Program-made: the position numbers and the translations under genes
The notes under the pieces: model-generated
The model's database searches: none
The model's input: the letters and a program-made list of their open reading frames with translations, nothing else
What the model was told of the DNA's origin: nothing
Shown here: piece after piece, positions 26,792 through 38,911 of the stretch
Layout of the letters: each line of letters begins with the position of its first letter
Position numbering within the stretch: the first letter of the stretch is position 1
DNA from: Camelus dromedarius
Taxonomy: Eukaryota
Direction of reading: 5' to 3'
Assembly (NCBI RefSeq): GCF_036321535.1
Contig: NC_087437.1
Coordinates: 41,356,001-41,420,000 of the forward strand
Length of the DNA: 64,000 nucleotides

Positions 26792-27403
26792 TGTCCCCAT
26801 ATCACCAGCTCCACCACCAAAAGCCACAGTGTGATAGGATCTCTGACATTTGGAGCAGGGATTTGTAAGACTGTATCAATAAAATCCCTCTCCTCATTTT
26901 TTACAGAAGAACAAAGTGAGGCCCAGGCAGGTCCTAGATACTCATAAAATCATAGGCTTTTCCAACAAGAAGAGTTTAGGTGGCGTGTCCAATGTCTCAA
27001 CTAGTTAGTAGCAGATTGAGGTCAAGACCCCAAGTCCTTTGACTTTTAGTCTTTCCCTCTCTGTTCAATAAAATCCTTTGATAAACCAAAGTAATCACTC
27101 ACTGTCCAACAGTGAGCCTTCAAGGGAGGAGAGCAGGAACCGTGGGGAGAGTAGGGAAGATGTAGGCACTGGAATTTGGTTGTAAATTCCAAGTACTTGG
27201 GTAGAGAAGTGAATTTATTTCATAGCCAGAAATGATGTACGAAGATTTATCACACATTACCAAGTTGATATCATTGAGACAATCAATTTGGTAGTTCACA
27301 TGTACATATTAGCAGAAGAGATCAATGGGATTTTTCAAAAGCTATCTTTCTCAGTTCATAGACCTTGTATATTCATATACATATTTATCTCCGCTCCAAA
27401 TTA

Positions 27404-27603
27404 CAGTTGACCCTTAAACAACACAGAGGTTAGGGGTGATGAAAATCCACGTGTAACTTTACAGTTGATCCTCCGTATCCACAGTTCTGCATCCATGGAT
27501 TCAACCAACCATGAATCGTGTAGTACTGTAGTATGTATTTATTGAAAAATCGTATATAAATGGACTCCTGCAGTTAAAACCAGTGTTATTCAAGGGTCAA
27601 CTG
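27404..27603. mobile_element. Tigger2a-type TcMar MITE, complete, 200 bp
   Basis: Terminal inverted repeats cagttgacccttaaacaacac and gtgttattcaagggtcaactg (19/21 match), flanked by TA at 27402-27403 and 27604-27605. Confidence 0.92.
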
Positions 27604-29089
27604 TATTTCCTTACAAGAGAAAACCAAGAATTCTACATAATTGTTGATCGTTGTCTGCTGGCTTACATTGGAAAAATGGACGTACATAATTAGGAACATA
27701 AAATTAAAAAGAGAACAGCCCAAGAAGGACTTCCAATGTTAACTTGGATATTTACTCAGATTTGTACACAGGTACACTGATCCTTTGTCAACCGTTGGGA
27801 TTCACCAGGCAGCCCGTCTCACCCTTCCTGACCTCCAGTCCCCGAGCCATGGCCACAAAGCTGCCGGTACACAAGGGGCATAAACAGAGCCCATCAGGCT
27901 ACTCTCTTCAGAGACTAGTCCCAGCAGTTAGGGAAAGGCAAACTAACTCCATGAAGCTGTCTGAGAAAATTCTCCAGGACACTAGGTCACAAGGCAGATT
28001 TTGGACAAAGAAGGGATCTCCACCTCCAGAACTTTCTCAACGGTCCCACAGCCTGTTCCAGCTCAAACATGTCAAGTTGCTCTGAAGGTCAACATGACAT
28101 AAAGGCCCCCCATCCCGTCCCTTCCTTCCCACCATCAGGTTGTCCAAGAGATTATGCAGCTGTTTGGGGAAATGTAACATTCAGTTTAGAGACAGGCAAA
28201 CATGGGATCTCTCTAGGCCTGTCAGGACAAGGTAACTTTCCAGTATTTCCAGCAGCACAAGGTCAAAATGATGGGAACCAGGCTAGCAAAGATTTTGGCA
28301 TTTTGCCTTTTCAAAGATGCTTAGATGAAGAAAAAAGATAGCAATTGCAGCAGATGGACTGTAAAGACAAGAACTGATTACCTAAATAATTAAGTAAGAA
28401 AGATCAGGAAACCATCCAAGGTTTCCATTTTGGAAAAAAGAGCCGTAACCCTTCCCCCAAAGGTATTCATTTACCACCTGCTCCCAACAGATCAACGACA
28501 CACACTTGCTTGAAAGCATTTTCAGCCTTTCTCCCCACATCTATAAGCAACCATGCAGTGGACAACAGACCCCCTCTGTGAGATGAAGAGGTTAATATTG
28601 GGTGGTTGGATCCCCTATTACTCTCACTCCCAGAGAGCGGTGGATTGCCAAGAGCCATAGAGAAGCAGCCAAGAGCCCGTCAACATCAGCCCAGGGCAGG
28701 GGGCTGTCATCTGGCAGAAGGCAGTGCGAACCCATCGCAGCCCATCACTGGGTGTCACCACTAATGGCACAGATGGCTGCTTAACACCATCCCTTCCACA
28801 GATTGTTTTTAACAGGGCTTCACTGGCATCTGATCTATTTTTTTCTTTAAGGCTTTTATCCCTATGGCTAAGCTAGCACTAAGGATATATGAATTTGTTT
28901 GTTTTACGAGGCAGACGATTTTTTGAATGGGGGTTTCATACCATCTTTTCAAGGATCTAAATAGGTTTTTGGCAAATTCAAGCTAAACTTCTCTGTGTCC
29001 CTCTAGTCTTCCAAAGCTGTTTGATTTCCACTGTCAAATGGGTTTAGGAACACTGAGTTCAAAAGATTAGCAACTTAGCTCCTTATTTA

Positions 29090-29245
29090 CTGCAGGGCCT
29101 CTCAGAGCTTTTAATGTGTTGATATACCTTGTGAATCTCCAAGAGAGGGCAAAGCTTTCCACATTTCCCAAATCTCTTGAGCTGTAGAACATTTTTAAGG
29201 GAATCTTGTATCTCTCTACACAGTGGTGTTCTGTGGAACAGATTA
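29090..29245. mobile_element. Old hAT-Charlie-type fragment, family uncertain
   Basis: cagggcctctcagagcttttaatgtg...gtgaatctccaagagaggg...catttcccaaat...gtgttctgtggaaca. Confidence 0.5.
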
Positions 29246-29316
29246 TAAAATGATAGTGTATAGAGCAATCCTTCCCTTCTCAGTCATGCTTAACCAAAGC
29301 TTGTATCTTAAGTTAC

Positions 29317-29832
29317 TGTGGCAGGGACTGCTGCATGCCACCCAGTGTCCCTTCTCTCATTGCTCTGTAGGAACAATTTATTTGGAAGACAATGCACTCA
29401 GATCAATAATTACATGCCCTAGCTTCCTTGATGCTAAGGGTGAATATATGACTAAGTTCTAGTCAATGATGTTGTATAAGCAGAATTATTGGGTGGGAAA
29501 TGTAGAGGGTTGCTCAAATGGAGCTGACTTGGCAGAGAGAAGCACATTTTTGTCCCCCATCATTCTCCTTCCAGCCGCCTGGAATGTAGATGTGACAGCT
29601 GGAACCCTGCAGCCATTTCTGACCCTGAGGTGAATTTAAGAATGTAAGTCTCACGCTAGGTTGTTATAGCAGAACAATAAAATGACTGCAAGCCTCTATG
29701 GCCATGGAACTACCATAACACCACTGACTGCCTATATCTGGACTTCTTTAAATTGAGAGAGAAATACACCTCTATCTTCCTTAACCCTTTAATATTTGGG
29801 GTTTTCTGTTTGATACAGCTGATTCCTAATTC
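29317..29832 (+). mobile_element. MLT1J-like MaLR solo LTR
   Basis: Starts tgtggcagggactgct; internal atgactaagttctagtcaatga and gcctggaatgtagatgtgacagctgga...gcagccat; 3' gagagaaatacacctctatctt. Confidence 0.8.
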
Positions 29833-29924
29833 ATTTGCCTTGAAGTTAACTATTCAGATATTTTTACTTACTTATGTCTCACTAAGAGCCCTTCTTTAAA
29901 ATACTATACTCCATCAGCCTTTAC

Positions 29925-30287
29925 TTTGGTAGAGGTTGCAGGCATTACAGTTATTCAACAGATATTCCAGTTCTCCTGCCAATGTAGTAGGACAACAATT
30001 CCTCAGCCCTTTTTAAGTTGGGTGTGGCCACATGATTTGCTTTGGCCAATGCAATGTGAGTGGAAGTAAGGTGGAATATTTGATTATTAGGGCAAGATAT
30101 TGTGATGACTATGGAAGCACATGAGGACGTGAAGCTGCCGTTAATCTGTATCCTTAGGTAGCTGATGAATAGAGTCCTCTCCTGATGGGCTCTGGGCATG
30201 CGGCATGGTCAGGAAATAAACTTTAGTTGTATTAAGTCTCTAAGATTATTTGTTATCACAGTACATCTTCGCCTGTTCTGACTGATA
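29925..30287 (+). mobile_element. MLT1I-like MaLR solo LTR
   Basis: aagttgggtgtggccacatgatttgctttggccaatgcaatgtgagtggaagt...gaaataaactttagttgtattaagtctctaagatt...ctgactgata. Confidence 0.8.
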
Positions 30288-31744
30288 GAAACGATCAAAA
30301 GATGGCATTAAAAGTAATCTCACTGTATAATGCTTTATGATTTCTGAAATAATATTTGAGAAGACTGACTTTTTACTAGGTATCTCCTATGCTCCAGACA
30401 TTGTGCAGGGCATTTTGCAAAAATTATTTTATTTGATCTCTGCATTGATCCTGTAAGGTAGATTGCTCACGGGACAGAAAACTGAAGCTAAGAGGGTAAC
30501 CTACATAAGATCAAGGTTCAACACCAAAATTCACATTCTCCCCAGTGTCTCCAACCTATAACATCTGAAGGCAGCCCTGGAAACAGTGAAAACCCTTACA
30601 AAGCTGGCTGGTGACACAAGAATTCTGGGAACCCTTTGTTACCAAGGAAGGTGGGGGGAACAGAATTTAAAAATGGAGTTTGCTTTCACAGGGCTGACCA
30701 CATCCTATGTGGACTAAAGCAGGGCATGCTGGGGCTTGTAGTCCCAGCACCCCACTGAGGACAGCAGAGCTCCAAGTCCTCTGACTGCTCATTTGAGTGC
30801 CTTTGAACTCAAAACCTGCTTTTTGAGCCACTGTCAAGGTAACCTAGCAGCTGAGAATAACTAATTGGGCATCATTCTCTGACTGCTGGCATGAACAGTT
30901 ATAATCTCAGCATCACCGTGGCAACCTGACTGGAATGCTGGTTATTCACACAAAGAAAAACTGGTCTCCATTCAGACCAGGATTGCATTTTGTCTCCATT
31001 CCACTTTTCCCATTACAAGTTGCTACCGAAGGAACAATGCTTCTTTTAAGAACAATGTTTATTACTGGTCTGTGGAAAAACAGCATTTTCATAACCTGGA
31101 AAAATTTGGAAAGGGGGAAAAAGTAATATATCCTTTATTGCCACCAGCAAAGAGATTTTATTAAGACGGGCTCTACACAAACAATAGTAAAGGCCATCGT
31201 GGAGTAAGTCACCTATAACCAGGCCACAGAATACTATATGGAGATGTCAGCGGCACAGTATGGGCAATGGATCGCTAACAACTAGATCACATTAAATCAA
31301 TCAGGGTCCATCCCCTGGGCACCTACAATGTGCTACTGTGAACCACTCCTCCAAATCCCAGTGGCTCCCCTGGCTTATTCTACTCTATCAGCAACCCCAG
31401 GCGGTACTTTTAAAGCACAGTATACCCCTCTCCACACATCAGCTACAGCCAACTGCTCACCAGGCACAGAAGATGCATTTACATCCTGTCTCCTTGTTAT
31501 TGCTGTCAAGAAAGTCCTTTGCTCCCTTCCTAGTCCTCTGAGGTCCAACTCAAATCATACTTCACACCCAAGATCCTCCCATGACATTGCATTAGTGTAA
31601 ACTCCACATTCAAGTGCGTCCCCAAAGCCGCTTTCAATGTGTCTGTCTTTACCCTGGAAGGCAACTCTTCTGGGAGCAAGGTCTATGCCTTCATTATCTC
31701 TGAATCTCCCAAGATGTTTAACAGTGATGCCTGCCACATCAGCA

Positions 31745-32140
31745 GTGTGACATGGGAGGGTGAGCAGCAATTTGGGTATCAGAGTTGGAGTGGGACTTTG
31801 CCCCTTCCAATTGTGTCATCTTTGAAAAGTTACTTAATCTCTTTGAGCCACAGTTTCTTCACCTACTAACCAGATGCTACTCAAAGTATGGTCCATGACC
31901 CGTAGTGTCCACAGCATCTGGAAGCAGTTAGACATGCAGAATATTGGGCTCTGCCCAGAATTACTGAATCAGAATTAACATTTTAATGAGATCCCAGGTG
32001 ATTCAAGAGAATATTGATGTTGCAAAAGTACTGATAAAACCTACATGGCAGGGGTACGGTAAGAATGAGGCAAAGTTTATGGAAAATACGCAGCAAAGAA
32101 CATGACACGTAACATCCTCACTAAATGAGGAAACTATTAC
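31745..32140 (+). mobile_element. MIR SINE split by MER5B
   Basis: aagttacttaatctctttgagccacagtttcttcacct before the insertion; ataaaacctacatggcaggg...cactaaatg after it. Confidence 0.65.
31871..32033. mobile_element. MER5B-like hAT-Charlie MITE
   Basis: cagatgctactcaaagtatggtcc...tactgaatcagaattaacattttaatgagatcccaggtgattc...aaagtactg. Confidence 0.8.
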
Positions 32141-35100
32141 TAATGATAAGAGTATACTAATGTTTAATAATTTACTAATACACTAATAATTTCCTAACAT
32201 AAATGTGTGGAAATTGCGTTGTTTGGTGTTACGCAGGATTCAAATACCATGGCATGAGCCTCCTTCAAGGAGCAGGTCTAAATAGTAAGAACAAAGGAAA
32301 ACAAATGTAATATAAATGAAGAGAAATGAAAGGACTGTAGGTTAAAGATGATATTTCTGAACACAATTTCATCATGGACAAATTTTTTTTTCTGACATTG
32401 AGCAAATCTGCTGAAAATCTCTAGCTCTGGGTTTCTTTTCCTCTAAAGCAGAAATAAGAATACCAGCAGGCTGCCGGCCTCTCAGGGCTGGACTGAAGTT
32501 GAAATGAGACAAAAGCATGAAAAAATTTTGCTATGGTGAAGTCGGGTTTTTATCAGTGAATACTAAAATAAAACATGTCCATCAGAGATTTTTCACTCCT
32601 GAACCCACGTTCAAGGGTGGCTACCCCTGAAGGACAAAATGGCATATTAGGGCCACGGTGGAATAATGCTCAGCCTATCCTACTTTATAGGCGTTGAGGG
32701 TGGAGTTTTAATGGAAGGAATGAGGAGAGAGAGGAATGGAATAGCTGGCTCTGCCTTCTATGGGGGAACATGATAAGGAAAGGGCTGAGGGTCCTTTCTG
32801 CTTTGAAAATACTGAGAAAGGAATGGAAAGGGGCACCAGCTTGAGACCCAGGAGAAAAGGAATTCATAGAGGACCTGGGCCTTCTCAGCTCCAGAGCTGA
32901 GGAGAGAACAGTTAAGGGAGTCTTGAAGATTCCAGGTTGCCAGGCAGGGCTGCTGGGGCAGGAGCCTGAGACACAGAGTGTCCGTGGGGCAGACACTCTG
33001 AGGAATAAGGAGGCAGCATTTGCTGTGATCCATTTCTCAAGAACCCTACTCGCAAAAGGAGAAGGGAAGGAATTTAGGATCCTCACTCTCACTCTAACCA
33101 GCCAGATAGGCGAACACAATGGAAATGCCAAAAGAGTTCGGATGGCTGGAGAAATAAACACAGACGCACAGTCAAGGAAGGCTGAAAGGAAAAGGTGGGC
33201 ATTGGGCTGGACTTTGAAATGCAAACAGGATCTGCAGAAGCAGAGAGAGACGAGCAGAGGGAAGAAATTTCTCTTTTAAGGGTATTATTTTAAAAGGATA
33301 CATGTTAATCGCATGTATCACTTCCGTCAGGAACGATGGAAGCCTGAGAACATCACTCAGAGGGCCACACCTTCACTCAGTAAGCTTCAGATTATTTCTA
33401 GAAACCTTGGTTCCATAAGCATTTCATAAGGCAAACGGTTTTCAAGCACTGAACATGCATGGCTATCACAAAGTGACAGACACACACAGGATAAAGAATA
33501 CAAATCCATTATTGTTATTAACAAAATGGCATGTTTGAAGCCTTATGTCTGCCAGACAAGAAAGGAACAAATATATATTATATTGTTGTAATAATCTGTA
33601 AAATAATCCATCTTCTCCACTTAACTATGGCCCCTCTTCCCAAAAAGCAGGGCCTGGACTCTCTTCATATTAATATTCTTAGTCACTTGCATAGTACCCA
33701 GGCCACAGAGGGCACTTAATAAATGTGGGTTAAGTAAATCAATAATTTTAGCAAGACTGACAACAAGGTAGCACAGATAAGCTGCTATTTACTTTTTCAT
33801 TGGTGAAATAAGGAGTAAGTATGGGAGTCTTTATGTATCATGAAGACACAGGTACGCATTCCTCAGAGTACACGGCTGGGTACCAGAGAATCTATGAATC
33901 CACATTCAAATACGGTGCATCTTCCTAGAAAGCCTGTTTTCCATGAAGACTTAAGTGCTTGTTAATTTTAATATACTAAATTAAGCATAGATAAGTTTGT
34001 ATCAATTTTAAAGATTAAGCAGAAAGCTTCTAATACATTTTAAGTTTCCAGCAGAGGGACTTCAGTCAGCCCACCCGTATTTCTAGGGCCTCTAATTTAC
34101 TCTCCTTCACCCATAGGGACATTTTGGTAGAAACATTCAGAAGTACACTGTTCACCTCTATACGCATATCCTTAATTTTCTAATAGAGTAAATGCCCTTT
34201 ATTTCACCTTTATTCATTCAGAATTTGCAATTACTTGAGTTAGATCTAGACAGCAGTTTAATTTTCTATTGCTCCTACATAATAGGTTTTAAGAAAGTAA
34301 TATGTAAAAAAGATAACAGAAGAAATACTTAACTTAAAAAAAAAATTTCAAACAGGCAAGTGCTATTCACACCCGATTCCTGGTAATTAGAATCAGACAT
34401 CACTACTGCAGCCGGCACTCTGGGACCTGTGTTCACATTTCCACTCTAGTACCTCTGAGGTATCATCTAAACTTAAAAGGGAATAAGAGTCTCTACAAAT
34501 TATTATTGCCTTCTTTTCACCAATATAAAAATGTCCCTTGCTCCTCCCAGTCCTTTGGATTAGTGAAGTTGTTCTGTGAAGCAAATAGGATGATTCTAGT
34601 TCTCGAATAGAGAGATGGTCACACTGGTGCTCATTAAATGAGCTAAACATTTTTCAGCATGTATTTCACAATTAAAAGGTTTAAATAATTTAATCAAGAA
34701 GGCGGCAGCTTCAATTTTGAAGAATGAGGAAATAAATATAAGCAGCAATCCAACAATTAAAATATTAGTTCCCTGTCCAAAGAGTGTGTCGGCAATCAGC
34801 AAACTAAGGCTTATTCAAAACCCAGTAGGTAAGAGTCTTTTGTTACACTGCAGAAATTCTCACCCTGATTAAAGAATTCCACTCAGTAGCTAACCATACC
34901 TTACAGCACAACACTAAGCATATGATACTTGTAGATAAAGTATCTGCTTCATTGACATAAAGCTGTTTGCCAGTGAATGTGTACTAACACGAGCCTACGG
35001 CCACATCCCCAAAACCTGGTATCAGCTCTCATATCTTCCACCCTTGTTCCAAATCTTTCTAGGGATGGTTCCTCCGAACAGCCCTCTCATGTGTCCTTCT

Positions 35101-36149
35101 CAACCACTACATTCCAATGCTTTTTTGAGACAAGAAACTTGGGAAATACGAGGCTGGAGATATTTTTAGAAAGAAGTGGAACTGTGTACCGTTATTATTC
35201 AGCCAACTAATGAATTAAAAATGACAACTGTAAAATCTACAGGTCATTAAATATCCTCTCTAGAGGAGAACCACCTGGTTTGTACCAAAGCCACTTTGCA
35301 CTGGGAGAGTCTAGCCACCAAGAGTGAGGCAGGGGCAGTGCTGGCTACCCCTGGCAAGGAGACACTAGTTTTCCCTTTGCAGCATCTTGTAGGTGAAGCA
35401 GAGCAATTCTAAGTTCTCCACTGGAGAAATGTACAGCCAAAGTGGCTTAGTAGTTCAGAACCTAGACTTCAGCAGAACCAAAGCAATGACTGCACAATCG
35501 TTACTAACTAATAATAAAGGCAGGAGTAGGGGATGGGGTAGACCTTTCCAGTGTAGAGAAAGGATTCTGTCCAGGAAGCTACTTGGCTATTTAAAGTGTT
35601 TCCTTACTTTCATCCTCTCCAGGAACAATGTAACGCAAGTAAACCGCCTGTGTGCACTGTGGTGATTTCCACACAGCCTCGAGTACACAGGGGAGACACT
35701 GCCGGGGGTGGAGCTGGCACGCCTGCCTTCAGCCTCCATCTCTGAGTACCATCTCATTCCTCCTGACCCGAAGGCCAGGTTTTCAATTCCTCCTTGCAGG
35801 GTTGCCACTTGGCTTACTGGAGAAATCCAGCAGATCTCATTTTACCGAACAACCACGGTGGAAAAGTCCAGCTTAGAAAGAACCTCATCTTTATAAACCA
35901 GAATGTGCCACAGACACACATTATTAACTAGAGATACTCTCCTCCTGCAAAGGTTGGGACTCTAAGAAGTAACCTGAAGTACACTTAGGAATGTAAGTTA
36001 CACATATTTAGAATCAGGTAGAAAGAGGACTGGCACTGTAGAAAGCATTTCAGTTCCAATTTTAGGCCCCACTACTTGCTCGCCATGTGAGTTTAAGCAA
36101 GCTGCTTTACTTTGTTGAGTTTCCTAAATTTCTTGGCAAGGAAGTCTAT

Positions 36150-36572
36150 CTCCCACAGAAGGTATCCTTTGTCTACCACTTCTGCGCACACATAGCCATC
36201 CTCAGACACACACCACCCCCGCTTTAACTACCTTCGATTAGTCTGTTCACAAGCATCTTCCTTACCAGCTGGTTTCCACCCTCCTATCAGATTAAGCATC
36301 ATGTCCACCAAGCCCTCCCAAAACCCACCTCCTCTTCCCCAGCAGGGCGTGGTTGCTCCTCCTCTGTCTTCTCACAGTATTTGTTCTAGATAATGACTAC
36401 AGCACCTGCCATGTATTGTGTTAAAGAGTCTAACTCCCCCTTCTAAACTGTGAGTGAGCTACGTGAAATAGATCTGAGTCACACTGGTACCTCAAATTCA
36501 GAACTCACTGACACCTCGAGTATCAGAACTCACAGGAGCACCTCAGTAAGTGCTGAATGAATGAATGAATGA
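36150..36572 (+). mobile_element. L2 3' portion with (TGAA)n tail
   Basis: ccaccaagccctccc...ctaaactgtgag...cagtaagtgctgaatgaatgaatgaatga. Confidence 0.7.
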
Positions 36573-36574
36573 TA

Positions 36575-36725
36575 CAGTGTTAATTTCGTGAGCACTTAGT
36601 GCTAAAAGCACTTACATGTATTATCTGTTATTCTGGCAAGAACTCTAAGATGGACATGAGTATTTTAATTTTACAGATGAGAAAACTGATGTCCAAACAC
36701 AGCAAACAAGTGATTAGTCAGGACT
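36575..36725 (-). mobile_element. MIR SINE
   Basis: gcacttacatgtattatct...attttacagatgagaaaactga. Confidence 0.7.
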
Positions 36726-38325
36726 GGACTGACCTACAATCTGCCTACAAAGAATCTAGCACAACACCTAGCACATATCAGGGCCTCGAAAAGTGGCATC
36801 TTCCTTCCTTCTGCTCAAACAATGAGGGAGCGACTGCTTTAATGGAAGAAAGTATCAGAAACTCTAAGTTTACTGGGGTTGGTGACACTGCAAGCCAGGA
36901 AATTTGAAAGAAAACTCTCATTTCAACAAATTCTGCATCAGCATTCATGAACACTTTTTTCAACTGCACATTAATCATTCCCCAAATATTTTCCAAGCAC
37001 CTGCTCTGTACTGGGCACTGGGGGGCCATGGATGAAAGGTCGCGATCCCCAGGAGCAGTCCCCAGGAGGTGCCAGCATTTGTGGTGAGCCAGCGATGGGA
37101 ACTTGTGAGTGCCTCGGAGCACATGTTCTTAATGGACAGATGTTGCATGCCCATTAAGTCTGCCATTAGGGGATCTAGGAATCATTTAATGGAACACAGA
37201 GCAGCCCACTCTGTGCCATGTATACAGCCACAGAAGATTCTTTTAGGAAGATAACGTTCATGCTACAACTGAAGAGCAGCCCACATGGGAACGCCTACCT
37301 CCCCAGGTCCTGAAATGAGTCCTTAGAGAGATGATCAGGATTTTCAATGAAATGGCAAGAGGACTGCCACCCAGCAAAGTGGCAAAGTGAGCATAAAGAC
37401 ATCAAAGTCATCCGTCACTGAGACTTTATCACACAGGCCCCACCAACAATCCCTGGGGGAGCCCCTTGTTTCCAGCAACCCATTATGTCCATCTTGAGGC
37501 TGGCAACCTGGGGTGTCTCTGCTCACAACCCTAAGAGGCATCGTTCACTTCACATCCTATGTGAATGGCACCCCAGAGCACAACACAGCATGATGGGGAT
37601 ACACCATGAATGGTGTGCAGAAGAAGTGGTCCTCACTACCGAAGGAATTAAGGTCCCATGCGCCTTCAGTGGGCAAGCCATGATTGGCAAGTCCACTTTT
37701 CAGGCAACATGGGAGAAGTCCACTGTGACTTTCTGGCAATGACTAACCAAGGTCAAGCCAAGCCTGATGATCAAGGCACCTCTTTCTGCCCCAAAGTGCA
37801 AGCACACAATCAGGCACATATAAGACACCCTCAGCACTTCAGTGATTAAAATGTCAACCAATTCTTGTCAGATCTCCACTCAATCTTAACGCCATGTTAA
37901 TAATTGCCACATCATCTTTGAAAACAACACCAAAAGGACTGAAAGCGGATAATAAATAATCATGGTGCAGCCTCAGTTTATGCCTTTTGTCACAGTAACC
38001 ACACCTGATCTCTTTTCTAGGCCTTCAATTCTCACCATCAACCCCTCATGGACTGAGCAATTATGGTTTGCAAGCCCCTCGGAGGAGCTCCTTTTTCACA
38101 GGGCCTCCCACATAGCCTTGCAATTAATAGAACTAAACGCCTTGGTTGGGTTCACAGAAGCTGCTGACCAACTGCCCCACTGCACTTGATGCTGGGGATG
38201 TTGGTGATCCCACCTCTTTTGGGTGAACGTCTAAGACTATCAACCGGCTTCCCTGGCTAGCTGAGTAGATGCATGTTAACCTAACACTCACTCTTTGTGA
38301 GATGAATATACTGACTTGTAGCTGC

Positions 38326-38407
38326 TGAGAGGGTTCAGAATATGCCATGCCACCCCAAAATATGCCACTTTGACATAAGGATTATTTTGAGGTGAAGACG
38401 ACTGGAG

Positions 38408-38439
<32 letters not shown>

Positions 38440-38911
38440 GAACAGACACACACACACAGAAAAACTCCCTGCTCTCTCCCGCTCTATCTGGAAGGGAGGT
38501 CAGGGTGACTCTTACTAATCCCCAGAGACAACTCTAGATTCTTATGGCCCAGAGACTCTACATAACAAATCTGACTAACAGGCGCTTGTCTTCCACTGGT
38601 TTCCTCTGTATATTTACCTTCCCACAGTTTGCAGCATTTGGAAGCCAAAAACCCCTTTTCCTTGTCTTTTCTTTTCTCTACAAATGTATTGCTTTTTTGC
38701 TAATAAGCTCGATAGGCCCAAGTTCTATCCACCCCTTGGAGTTACTCATCACTGAGTGTGTATGCATAATGGACATGTTAAAAAAAAGAAAAAAGAAAAA
38801 CAAAACTCCACTTTTCTCTTGTTAATCTGTCTTTGGCCGATCTAATCTGTAGGGCTCCCACCAGTGAACCTGAGATGGGTAGAGGGAAAAGATTCCTTTT
38901 CCTCCCCTACA
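38326..38911 (+). mobile_element. MER34-family (ERV1) solo LTR containing a (CA)n tract
   Basis: TG...CA termini; gccaccccaaaatatgccactttgacataaggattattttgag at the 5' end; tttctcttgttaatctgtcttt...gatgggtagagggaaaa...ttttcctcccctaca at the 3' end. Confidence 0.85.

Noticed and set aside
32685..33279. Longest ORF (179 aa, -) and an overlapping 118-aa ORF (+)
   Set aside because: No recognisable domain or splice context. The composition reflects a purine-rich tract and the length is compatible with chance.
34048..34060. CTCF-like CCAGCAGAGGGAC
   Set aside because: Mismatch at a key core position, and it cannot be supported without ChIP or conservation data.
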